Made by a program: the position numbers and the translations under genes
Notes under the pieces: model-generated
Told to the model about the DNA's origin: nothing
The model's database searches: none
The model's input: the letters and a program-made list of their open reading frames with translations, nothing else
DNA from: Alphaproteobacteria bacterium MarineAlpha5_Bin7
GTDB lineage: Bacteria; Pseudomonadota; Alphaproteobacteria; HIMB59; GCA-002718135
Direction of reading: 5' to 3'
DNA: 64,000 nucleotides
NCBI GenBank assembly: GCA_002938195.1
Contig: PTKX01000001.1
Span: 41,878 to 105,877 of the forward strand
Shown here: positions 29,901 through 37,825 of the stretch, piece by piece
Layout: each line of letters starts with the position of its first letter
How positions within the stretch are numbered: position 1 is the first letter of the stretch

Positions 29901-31446
29901 TTTGATAAGCCCTCCTCCACATCACGATATCTACTCCATAGAGGATTTAGCCCAACTTATATATGATTTAAAACAAATTAATCCCAAAGCAAAAGTTTGC
30001 GTAAAACTAGTAGCTCAATCTGGTATTGGGACAGTTGCTGCTGGAGTAGCAAAGGCAAAAGCAGATGTAATATTAATTTCTGGTCATAGCGGAGGCACTG
30101 GCGCTAGTCCCCAGTCAAGTATTAAATACGCAGGACTTCCATGGGAAATGGGACTTAGCGAAGTACATCAAATATTATCTCTCAATAATTTACGAGATAA
30201 AGTAATTTTAAGAACTGATGGTGGAATAAAAACAGGAAAGGATATAATTATAGCAGCTTTATTGGGAGCAGAAGAATTTGGTATTGGAACAGCCAGTTTA
30301 GTCGCTATGGGATGTATAATGGTTAGGCAATGTCATTCTAATACATGTCCAGTTGGGATCTGTTCACAGGATGAAAAGTTGCGAGAAAAATTTACTGGAA
30401 CACCTGAAAAGGTTATTAGTTTATTTACGTTCATTGCTGAAGAGGTCAAAGAAATATTATCTCAACTTGGTTTTTCATCCTTAAATGAAATAGTTGGACG
30501 AACAGATTTATTATATCAAGTTGGAAGAGGAAGTGAAGACCTAGATGATTTAGATCTTAACCCTATTTTGACAAAAATTGACTCAGATATTGGCGAGTAT
30601 GAAAAAAAAGCTAGTAATATTAATTTAGTAGCAGAAAGCATTGATAACAAAATTATCAATGATGCATCAGATTTATTTAACAATAATGAAAAAGTTCAAT
30701 TAAGCTATAATATTAGCAATACTGATAGAGCTATAGGATCAAGACTATCATCAGAGATAACTAGAAAATTTGGAATGCTTAATTTGCCAGATGACCACAT
30801 AAATATTAAATTAAAAGGTTCAGCAGGACAATCTCTCGGAGCATTTGTGGCGAAAGGTATAACTTTGGAAATATTTGGCGATGCAAATGATTATGTTGGT
30901 AAAGGTCTCTCAGGAGGCATAATTATAATAAGATCTAAAATTTCTTCAAAACTTTTAAGTAAAGACAACGTAATTATAGGAAATACTACTCTATACGGTG
31001 CCACAAAAGGCAAATTATATGCAGCAGGAATTGCTGGGGATAGATTCTGTGTTAGAAATTCAGGAGCTGAAGCAGTAGTAGAAGGTTGCGGGGATAACGG
31101 TTGTGAATATATGACAGGAGGCTTCTCTATAATTTTAGGCTCCGTTGGAAATAATTTTGCTGCTGGAATGACAGGTGGAATGGCATTTGTATATGATAAG
31201 GATGGCACACTGCCAGTAAGAATAAATTTAAATGATGTTATTTATCAGCAAAGAATGACTGATTTTTGGGAAAGTTTTTTAGTCAAAAAAATTAATGAAC
31301 ATTATCAAAAAACTTCTTCAGACCATGCAAAGTTTTTGATTGAAAATTGGGAAAGAGAAAAATTTTGTTTTTGGCAAGTTATTCCAAAAGAAATGGTAAA
31401 TAAATTTGAAAAACCAGTAATAATAGAAGATTTAAGGTCTGCTTAA
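26926..31446 (+). CDS. gltB: Glutamate synthase (NADPH) large subunit
   Basis: 1506 aa. N-terminal amidotransferase Cys (SSCGVGLIAS), FMN/Fe-S domain and C-terminal GXGXG beta-helix. The ATG shares one base with the gltD stop (TAATG). Confidence 0.97.
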   Translation: MKKNLLLNKWEESRKILESNHAYNELDEHSSCGVGLIASIKGANSRTIVDMGVEALKRLYHRGAVDADGKTGDGAGIHLNIPKDFFIEQIERTGHKPNAMPFAVGMVFLPRTDFAAQEKSRNIIESEILKSDLKIYGWRHVPINTKVIGEKAKITRPEIEQILIENDIYEDKDIFDTKLYIIRKRIEKIIQKENIKDFYICSLSSQTIIYKGMFLAEQLANFYPDILDKRFISKFALYHQRYSTNTFPTWSLAQPFRVIAHNGEINTLKGNKNWMSAHEPRLSHQNFGDSINDLKPIIDPNASDSAALDSAVELLVNSNRSLPMAKLITIPEAWAHRGDFSKKLKNLYAYANAVMEPWDGPAALCGIHKNWAIAGMDRNGLRPLRYSLTDDYLIVGSETGMVEIEESQIIEKGRVGPGQMIGINFRESKFYKDEEIKLMLSSSKPFENWTKKITHLDKMVQSVDEEFRAIDPKDLKKRMACFGWTIEDIELILQPMIVDQKEATGSMGDDTPLAVLSENYRGLHHFFRQNFSQVTNPPIDSLREKVVMSLRTKIGNLSNILDEDEYQCDHLQLNSPILSINQFKTLRQYMKDKVKIIDTTLNLEEEHVSFKKELMRINQEAEQAVRSGFVHIILTDKTLSKNIMALPMILVTSSVHNHLVKKNLRTFISLNIQSAECLDIHYYAVLLGVGATSINAYVAQQAIAERHKKGLFKNLTYEQCVERYIISVKNGLLKIMSKMGISVVSSYRGGCNFEAIGLSRSLMAEYFPSMSSKISGIGLKGLEKRSILAHKNAFDNNLFTLPIGGFYRYRKGGEQHSFDASSIHMLQSSVGIDSYKIFKKYSEIVNNDQIINLRDLLAYKSSRKSIPINNVENINKIRKRLVAPGISLGALSPEAHETLAIAMNRIGSKSDSGEGGEDPERFKLKNNGDNPSSAIKQIASGRFGVTSEYLNKCEEIEIKIAQGAKPGEGGQLPGGKVTSLIAKLRHSTKGVTLISPPPHHDIYSIEDLAQLIYDLKQINPKAKVCVKLVAQSGIGTVAAGVAKAKADVILISGHSGGTGASPQSSIKYAGLPWEMGLSEVHQILSLNNLRDKVILRTDGGIKTGKDIIIAALLGAEEFGIGTASLVAMGCIMVRQCHSNTCPVGICSQDEKLREKFTGTPEKVISLFTFIAEEVKEILSQLGFSSLNEIVGRTDLLYQVGRGSEDLDDLDLNPILTKIDSDIGEYEKKASNINLVAESIDNKIINDASDLFNNNEKVQLSYNISNTDRAIGSRLSSEITRKFGMLNLPDDHINIKLKGSAGQSLGAFVAKGITLEIFGDANDYVGKGLSGGIIIIRSKISSKLLSKDNVIIGNTTLYGATKGKLYAAGIAGDRFCVRNSGAEAVVEGCGDNGCEYMTGGFSIILGSVGNNFAAGMTGGMAFVYDKDGTLPVRINLNDVIYQQRMTDFWESFLVKKINEHYQKTSSDHAKFLIENWEREKFCFWQVIPKEMVNKFEKPVIIEDLRSA

Positions 31447-32177
31447 ATTAAATTTCTAACAAGAGTAATAGTATTATTAATGGTTACTAAATCACTTAGT
31501 TCAGAAAGTCTATGATTGCTTAATTTTAAATATTGAATTTGAATATTTTTACCTCTTGAATTATTCATAATTTTTTGGGGCATTTTATAATTAACCACAT
31601 CATCTTTTAGCCCATGAATTAATACAAAAGGTTTGTTAAATTTAAATGGTCGGTTTAATACATTATTCTTTTTTGCTTCTTTGAAGAATTTTTTTGTTAA
31701 AGTATAAGAAAAATTGTTTGAAAAAACTTTAGTTTTTCCTTGAGAATTTAATTCTTTTTTTGATTTTTTGGACAACTGTGAATACATGTTTAATCCAAAA
31801 TCAGTTGCAGCTGCAAGCCCAATTAAACCACAAATTCTTTTTTTTCTTGCTCTAGCAGCTAAAATCATTAACCACCCACCCATACTGCTTCCAATTAAAA
31901 TTTGAGGCCCTTGAGCAATATTATCAATAACATCTAGGAGATCTTTCTTCCAATCAGTGATAGTAAAATCTTCAAATTTTCCAGATGATTTTCCATTTCC
32001 TCTACAATCAAAGCGAAGAAACGATAAATTGTTTTTTTTTGCATATTTTTCAATACTTATCGCCTTTTTTCCTGTCATATCAGAATTTAATCCATGAATA
32101 AAAATTATACCTGGGGATTTTCCTTTAATATATTTAAAGGCAATTTTTTGATTTAAATTATTTATAAAATATGGCAT
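31443..32177 (-). CDS. Alpha/beta-fold hydrolase
   Basis: HGLNS oxyanion region, GSSMGG nucleophile elbow and a late HGLKDD motif. 244 aa. Confidence 0.7.
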   Translation of the reverse strand: MPYFINNLNQKIAFKYIKGKSPGIIFIHGLNSDMTGKKAISIEKYAKKNNLSFLRFDCRGNGKSSGKFEDFTITDWKKDLLDVIDNIAQGPQILIGSSMGGWLMILAARARKKRICGLIGLAAATDFGLNMYSQLSKKSKKELNSQGKTKVFSNNFSYTLTKKFFKEAKKNNVLNRPFKFNKPFVLIHGLKDDVVNYKMPQKIMNNSRGKNIQIQYLKLSNHRLSELSDLVTINNTITLVRNLI

Positions 32178-32217
32178 CGCACAATTAACCTATAATAGTT
32201 TATAATATTCCATATTT

Positions 32218-33348
32218 ATGAAAAAATTCAATTTATTGCAATTATTACCCGCTTTAGATTCGGGTGGATTGGAACAAGGAACGGTAGATTTAGCTAATTT
32301 TATAGGAGAAAACAATCTTGGATCCTTTATTGTTTCAAAAGGGGGTTTAATGGAAAATCAATTAGATCAAAGAACTACTAAGCATATTAAATTGGCGACC
32401 CATACTAAAAATTTCTTATACATGCCCTTTGTTGCTAATAAATTAAACAAAATAATTAATAATAATGCAATAGATATAGTACATGTTAGATCCAGAGCTC
32501 CTGCTTGGATGCTACAGTTTATTAATAAAAAAAATTTTAAATCTGTATCAACTTTCCACAACGTTTATGGGACAAGCAATTTTTTAAAAAGATATTATAA
32601 TAAAAGTTTATGTAAAGTAGATCATATTATCGCAATTTCTCAATATGTAAAATCTCAAATAGCCAAACTTTATAACCTTGATGAAAATTCCATTAATGTG
32701 ATTTATAGAGGTATAGATATTGATTATTTTAACTCAGAAATTAACAGTGAAGATGTTCTAGCTAAATTTTTATATAAATACGAAATACCTAGTGATAAAA
32801 AAATAATTTTATATCCAGGTAGACTAACAGACTGGAAAGGACAAATTCAATTTTTAAAAATAATTGAAAATTATAAAAATGATAAAAAAATGTTTTATTT
32901 TATTGGCGATAATAAAAATAAATCATATTACTTAAAATTAATAAAAGAAATAAAAAATAAAAATTTGGGCCATATATGCAAAGTAATAGGAAACTTAAAT
33001 AAACAAGATTTAAAAATGATGTATTTATGTTCAGATTTGATAATTTCAGCACCATTGAAACCAGAGGGTTTTGGAAGGATTATATCTGAAAGTCTGGCAA
33101 TGAAAAAAATTATATTGTGCTATGATTATGGAGGGGCAAAAGAACAAATTAAAAGTTTAGATAATATTTTTAAAGTTGAACCAAATAATCAAAAGGAATT
33201 AATTGTAAAAATTGACAAATCTTTAGAATTTTCTAAAGAAAATATAAGTAATATTGGCAACAAATCCCGAAAGTATATAATTGATAATTTTTCAAAGAAA
33301 AAAATGTTAGAAAATTACCTTTCTTTTTATAACAGTATTTTATTGTGA
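32218..33348 (+). CDS. Group 1 (GT-B fold) glycosyltransferase, LPS-core type
   Basis: 376 aa. C-terminal PLKPEGFGRIISESLAMKK (E-x7-E-like) motif typical of group 1 GTs. Followed by two GT9 genes. Confidence 0.8.
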   Translation: MKKFNLLQLLPALDSGGLEQGTVDLANFIGENNLGSFIVSKGGLMENQLDQRTTKHIKLATHTKNFLYMPFVANKLNKIINNNAIDIVHVRSRAPAWMLQFINKKNFKSVSTFHNVYGTSNFLKRYYNKSLCKVDHIIAISQYVKSQIAKLYNLDENSINVIYRGIDIDYFNSEINSEDVLAKFLYKYEIPSDKKIILYPGRLTDWKGQIQFLKIIENYKNDKKMFYFIGDNKNKSYYLKLIKEIKNKNLGHICKVIGNLNKQDLKMMYLCSDLIISAPLKPEGFGRIISESLAMKKIILCYDYGGAKEQIKSLDNIFKVEPNNQKELIVKIDKSLEFSKENISNIGNKSRKYIIDNFSKKKMLENYLSFYNSILL

Positions 33349-34265
33349 AAAAAATACTTGTAATTAAGCATGGGTCGTTAGGTGATATTGTTTTCTCACT
33401 TCCCTCCATGATGAGTATAAGAGAGAAATATCCTAACTCTATAATTGATTTACTAACTGAAAATTTTTTTTGCTCTTTTTTAAGTAAATCAAATATTTTT
33501 GATAAGATTTTAATTGATAATAGAAAAAACTCTTACTTTAAAACATTAATGATTTTATTTAATTTAATTAAAAATAAATATGATTTGATAATAGATTTGC
33601 AAAACTCAAAAAGAACTTCGATATATAATTTTTTATTTAGATTTACAGGAAACTCATTAGTTTGTAGTTCCCGACCATTTGCCCAACTAAGATATAATAT
33701 TCCAACTCAGGGAAAAGAAAAGGTTATTTCAGGATTAGCTAATCAACTGAGTTTATTGCAAATTAATATTATAAAATCACCTAATTATAATTGGTTAAAA
33801 ATTAATTTAGATAAGGAGATTCCAGATAAATTGGTTCTTTTTATACCTGGGGTTTCAAATAAAAATACACATAAACAATGGCCCCCAAAGAACTTTGTAA
33901 AACTTGCAAAATATTGTGAATCAAAAAATTATACTATTTGCGTTGTAGGAACAGAACAAGATATTCCGTCTATCAAACCAATAATAAAAGATTGTAAAAA
34001 TGTAATTAATAAAATTAATAAATCTCCTCCAGAAGTTATTTATTCAATTGCTTTAAAATCAAAATTAATTTTTTCTAACGATACAGGGCCGGGACATGTA
34101 GCGTCTCTGTCTAAAAAAAATATTATCTGGATATTGAATGATAATTTAGTATCCAAAGCTAATATAGGAAATGATATGTTTAATCATAAAGTATCATCTA
34201 ATTCGGTAAAACAAATAACAGCTGAAAATGTGATCAATTATATTAAAGAAAATAAATTATTATAA
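33345..34265 (+). CDS. Glycosyltransferase family 9 (LPS heptosyltransferase-like)
   Basis: N-terminal ILVIKHGSLGDIVFSLP and C-terminal NDTGPGHVAS motifs characteristic of GT9. GTG start overlaps the upstream stop. Confidence 0.75.
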   Translation: MKKILVIKHGSLGDIVFSLPSMMSIREKYPNSIIDLLTENFFCSFLSKSNIFDKILIDNRKNSYFKTLMILFNLIKNKYDLIIDLQNSKRTSIYNFLFRFTGNSLVCSSRPFAQLRYNIPTQGKEKVISGLANQLSLLQINIIKSPNYNWLKINLDKEIPDKLVLFIPGVSNKNTHKQWPPKNFVKLAKYCESKNYTICVVGTEQDIPSIKPIIKDCKNVINKINKSPPEVIYSIALKSKLIFSNDTGPGHVASLSKKNIIWILNDNLVSKANIGNDMFNHKVSSNSVKQITAENVINYIKENKLL

Positions 34266-35267
34266 ATCTCTGATTAGTTCTAAATTGAGATTTTTTTGAT
34301 CAAAAGTAAATTTTTTATATTCACTTTTCCAGGGCGCATATTCCTTATGAATAGCTTCAGCAAAATTATTTGGGTCATATATAATGCTTGCAGGAATTTT
34401 ATTGGCTGCAGCAATGTGTGAGCAACCACATTCAGGAGTTATAACTTTTTGCGAGGAATAAATTGCTTTATTCCAAGAAGAATAATCAAGTTTATCCATT
34501 ATAATTACATTTGATTGAATGTTTATTAAATCATTTTCATCAAACTGATATATTAATGGAAATTTATTAAAAATTTTTTTAAACACACTTTTTGTTGAGT
34601 TATCCGTTGTGAGGAGAATAACATATTCTTTTTTTATAATTAATTTAATTAATTCTATAAAATTATCTTCTGAATAAAATGAATTAATCCATTTAGCTGA
34701 AAGGTGAATGACAATAGATTTTTTTTTGGTAAACACATATTTTTCTTTTGGTAATCTAATGTCTATTAATGTATCTCTTGAAAATTTTAATTTACATATT
34801 TCAATTAATCTAAACATCATTAAAGTCTGATGCAGTTCTTGGTTATTTTTAATTCTATTGAATCTATCAACTATAAATAAATAATTACAAAAAATTTTAC
34901 ACAGAAGTATGGTTAAAATTTTTGAAATTTTTTTATTTTTGTATCTAGATTTGAAAATTAATGTAGCTTTTTTAAAAGATTTAGAAAAACAGCATAATAT
35001 TAAGCCCTTAAAATTTGGTGAAAAATTTATAAAATAATCATAATTATTCTTTCTAATATTTATTAATTCTTCAAATAGAATAGCAGGATTATCTTTAATA
35101 ATAATCAACTTATCAATATATTCAGTATTCTTTATAACCTTAGCATTTGTTTCAGAGGCTAATATATGAATCTTGGATTGAGGATATTCATTTTTCAATG
35201 ATTTAATGATTGGAAGAGTGAGAATCATGTCACCCATTTTATCTAATCTAGCAATACAAATTTTCAT
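34260..35267 (-). CDS. Glycosyltransferase family 9 (heptosyltransferase-like), divergent
   Basis: N-terminal ICIARLDKMGDMILTLP and C-terminal TPECGCSHIAAA resemble GT9 motifs. 335 aa. Confidence 0.65.
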   Translation of the reverse strand: MKICIARLDKMGDMILTLPIIKSLKNEYPQSKIHILASETNAKVIKNTEYIDKLIIIKDNPAILFEELINIRKNNYDYFINFSPNFKGLILCCFSKSFKKATLIFKSRYKNKKISKILTILLCKIFCNYLFIVDRFNRIKNNQELHQTLMMFRLIEICKLKFSRDTLIDIRLPKEKYVFTKKKSIVIHLSAKWINSFYSEDNFIELIKLIIKKEYVILLTTDNSTKSVFKKIFNKFPLIYQFDENDLINIQSNVIIMDKLDYSSWNKAIYSSQKVITPECGCSHIAAANKIPASIIYDPNNFAEAIHKEYAPWKSEYKKFTFDQKNLNLELIRDL

Positions 35268-35510
35268 TTTTCCAAATTAATTACAATATTTTTTTATTAC
35301 CAAAATTATTATTTTTTAAATAGTTACAAGCAATAGTTAATTTTATATAATCAAAAAAAGAAACAATCCTTAATTTATTGTAAAAATTCATAAAACAATC
35401 CTTGAATATAATATCAAATCAAATTATATCGGATTTTGATATATGAATATGATTAATTCCCTTTAGTATGCTATTTATTTATAGCTTATTTCCATTAGAG
35501 CAAAGAAATC

Positions 35511-36050
35511 TTGGCCTTAAAACATAGAATTAAAAAAGAAGTTGGTCCAAGAACTAACGAAGAAATCACAGCAAGTGAGGTGCGTGTTATATCTTCAAGC
35601 GGTAAACAACTTGGCATAATTAGTATTCGTGAAGCTTTAAACGCTGCTGAAGATGAAGGTTTTGATTTAGTTGAAGTTTCTCCGGATGCAAAACCTCCCG
35701 TTTGTAAGATTATTGATTACGGAAAATTAAAATACAAAGAACAGAAAAGCAAAAAGGAAGCAAAGAAGAAACAAAAAACCATTGAAGTAAAAGAGATTAA
35801 AATACGCCCTGGTATTGATAAACATGATTATGAAGTAAAAATACGAGCTCTTTCTAAATTTATTGAAGGGGGAAACAAGGTAAAAGTTTCTATGAGGTTT
35901 AGAGGCAGAGAAATGGAACACCAGCATATTGGAAGAGAATTACTAACTAAACTTACTGAGCAGGTAGCAGATTTTGCGAAGGTTGAGGTTCCACCTAAAT
36001 CTGAAGGAAAACAAATTATGATGGTTTTAGTCCCTCAAATGCATAAATAA
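35511..36050 (+). CDS. infC: Translation initiation factor IF-3 (non-ATG start)
   Basis: INEEITASEVRVI...LVEVSPDAKPPVCKIIDYGKLKYKEQK and the C-terminal domain. The frame opens only at 35499, and the only plausible starts are ATC (35508) or TTG (35511). Confidence 0.93.
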   Translation: MALKHRIKKEVGPRTNEEITASEVRVISSSGKQLGIISIREALNAAEDEGFDLVEVSPDAKPPVCKIIDYGKLKYKEQKSKKEAKKKQKTIEVKEIKIRPGIDKHDYEVKIRALSKFIEGGNKVKVSMRFRGREMEHQHIGRELLTKLTEQVADFAKVEVPPKSEGKQIMMVLVPQMHK

Positions 36051-36090
36051 TTATATTAGTATATTGATTGTCTTAGATAATTTGTTTATA

Positions 36091-36131
36091 AGCCACTCCT
36101 AAATCAGTTTAGGCAAAGGGCAGCCTGGCGG
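36091..36131 (+). promoter_or_regulatory. GC-rich hairpin-containing leader upstream of rpmI-rplT (candidate L20 autoregulatory or attenuator element)
   Basis: The 108-bp infC-rpmI spacer is long for this genome. It holds a perfect 6-bp stem CCTAAA (36098-36103) / TTTAGG (36108-36113) with loop TCAG, then GGGCAGCCTGGCGG followed by TTTT. A strong AAGGAG Shine-Dalgarno follows. Confidence 0.25.
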
Positions 36132-36158
36132 TTTTAATTAATAAAATAAGGAGATACA

Positions 36159-36359
36159 ATGCCCAAGTTAAAAACTAAAAGTAGTATTAAAAAACGTTTT
36201 TCTAGAACAGGCACTGGTAAAATTAAGTTTAAAGCTTCTGGTAAACGACATGGAATGAGCAAGCGATCAAATAAATTTGTTCGAAATACAAAAAAATCTT
36301 CAATAATGTCTCCAGGCGATTCTGCACTGATTGATCATATGTTACCTTATAATAAATAG
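36159..36359 (+). CDS. rpmI: 50S ribosomal protein L35
   Basis: [15 protein letters not shown]-terminus. 66 aa. Confidence 0.95.
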   Translation: MPKLKTKSSIKKRFSRTGTGKIKFKASGKRHGMSKRSNKFVRNTKKSSIMSPGDSALIDHMLPYNK

Positions 36360-36370
36360 AGGATAGAATT

Positions 36371-36724
36371 ATGGCTAGAGTATCAAGAGGAGTAACAGCA
36401 AGAGCAAGACACAAGAAAGTCATTAAAAGAGCAAAAGGGTATTATGGTAGACGAAAAAATGTTTTTAGGGTTGCTGTACAAGCTGTTGAAAGAAGTATGC
36501 AGTATGCCTACAGAGATAGAAGAAAGCGCAAAAGTGATTTTAGAGGCTTGTGGATTCAGCGAATTAACGCTGCCGTTAGAATGCACGGAATGACTTATTC
36601 TCAATTTATAAATGGCTTAAAAAAAGCAACGATTCAAATAGATCGAAAAATATTAGCAGAAATGGCCGTTAATCAGCCTGAGATATTTAAGGCTTTAATA
36701 GAAAAAGCTCAATCTGCTAGGTAG
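36371..36724 (+). CDS. rplT: 50S ribosomal protein L20
   Basis: [18 protein letters not shown]-terminus. 117 aa. Confidence 0.97.
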   Translation: MARVSRGVTARARHKKVIKRAKGYYGRRKNVFRVAVQAVERSMQYAYRDRRKRKSDFRGLWIQRINAAVRMHGMTYSQFINGLKKATIQIDRKILAEMAVNQPEIFKALIEKAQSAR

Positions 36725-36757
36725 TTTTTTAACGTCACATAATTTATATATGTCTTT

Positions 36758-37822
36758 ATGTCTTCGGGACTAGATAAGAATGATATTGCTAATAAGATTA
36801 GCAAAATAAATAAGCTCACTGAACTTGAATCTTTTAGGGTTCAATATGTAGGCAAAAAAGGAATATTAACTTCCGAAATGAAATCACTGTCTACCCTTAG
36901 CAATGCAGAGAAAAAAGAAAAAGGTCAATATTTAAATTCAATTAAAATTTTTTTAGAAACAGAATTAAAAAAGAAAAAAAATTTTATTGAAAATTTGGAA
37001 GTTAATGAGAAATTAAAAAAAGAAAAAATAGATATTACACTTCCACCAAGAAATTATGAAACTGGGAAAATACATCCAATTAGTCAAACGATTTATAATG
37101 TTATAGATATTTTTGGTTCCATGGGATTTTCCGTTGAAAGTGGACCCGATATTGAGTCTGATTTCAACAATTTTACTGCTCTAAATATTCCTTCACATCA
37201 TCCAGCTAGAGAGATGCAAGACACATTTTATGTAGAAAATTCTTCAGGAGATGAGGAGAAAGTTTTGAGAACCCATACTAGCCCTGTCCAAGTAAGACAT
37301 ATGCTAAATTCTAAACCACCTATAAGAATAATAGTTCCAGGAAGAACATATAGAAGCGATTCAGATGCAACTCATACACCGATGTTTCATCAAGTAGAAG
37401 GTCTTTTAATTGATAACAACTCTAATATGGCTCATCTTAAAGGATGCTTAATTGATTTTTTAAAAGAATTTTTTAATATTGATGATTTACAATACAGATT
37501 TAGACCAAGCTATTTTCCTTTTACGGAGCCAAGTGCTGAAATGGATGTTGCCTATACAAAAAAAGATGGTGTTTTAAAGATAGGAAAGGGAAATGAATGG
37601 TTAGAAATACTTGGATGCGGTATGGTAAATCCACGTGTTTTAGAAAATTGTAATATTGATTCTCAAAAATTTCAAGGATTTGCTTTTGGAATGGGGATTG
37701 AACGATTATCAATGCTTAAATTTGGAATTACGGATATGAGAGGATTTTTTGATAGCGATTTTAGATGGTTAAATCATTATGGCTTTAATCCTCTTGATTC
37801 AACTTCTTCATCTGGAATATAA
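36758..37822 (+). CDS. pheS: Phenylalanine-tRNA ligase alpha subunit
   Basis: HPAREMQDTFY and FRPSYFPFTEPS motifs. 354 aa. Confidence 0.97.
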   Translation: MSSGLDKNDIANKISKINKLTELESFRVQYVGKKGILTSEMKSLSTLSNAEKKEKGQYLNSIKIFLETELKKKKNFIENLEVNEKLKKEKIDITLPPRNYETGKIHPISQTIYNVIDIFGSMGFSVESGPDIESDFNNFTALNIPSHHPAREMQDTFYVENSSGDEEKVLRTHTSPVQVRHMLNSKPPIRIIVPGRTYRSDSDATHTPMFHQVEGLLIDNNSNMAHLKGCLIDFLKEFFNIDDLQYRFRPSYFPFTEPSAEMDVAYTKKDGVLKIGKGNEWLEILGCGMVNPRVLENCNIDSQKFQGFAFGMGIERLSMLKFGITDMRGFFDSDFRWLNHYGFNPLDSTSSSGI

Positions 37823-37825
37823 ACT

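Noticed and set aside
26326-31208. Antisense ORFs within gltD (26326-26805, 159 aa) and gltB (30891-31208, 105 aa).
   Set aside because: The same reasoning applies. They are embedded in highly conserved genes, have no motifs and have no independent start context. The many other 63-108-aa antisense ORFs in the track were rejected on the same grounds, for example 1890-2135, 42213-42539 and 63548-63871.
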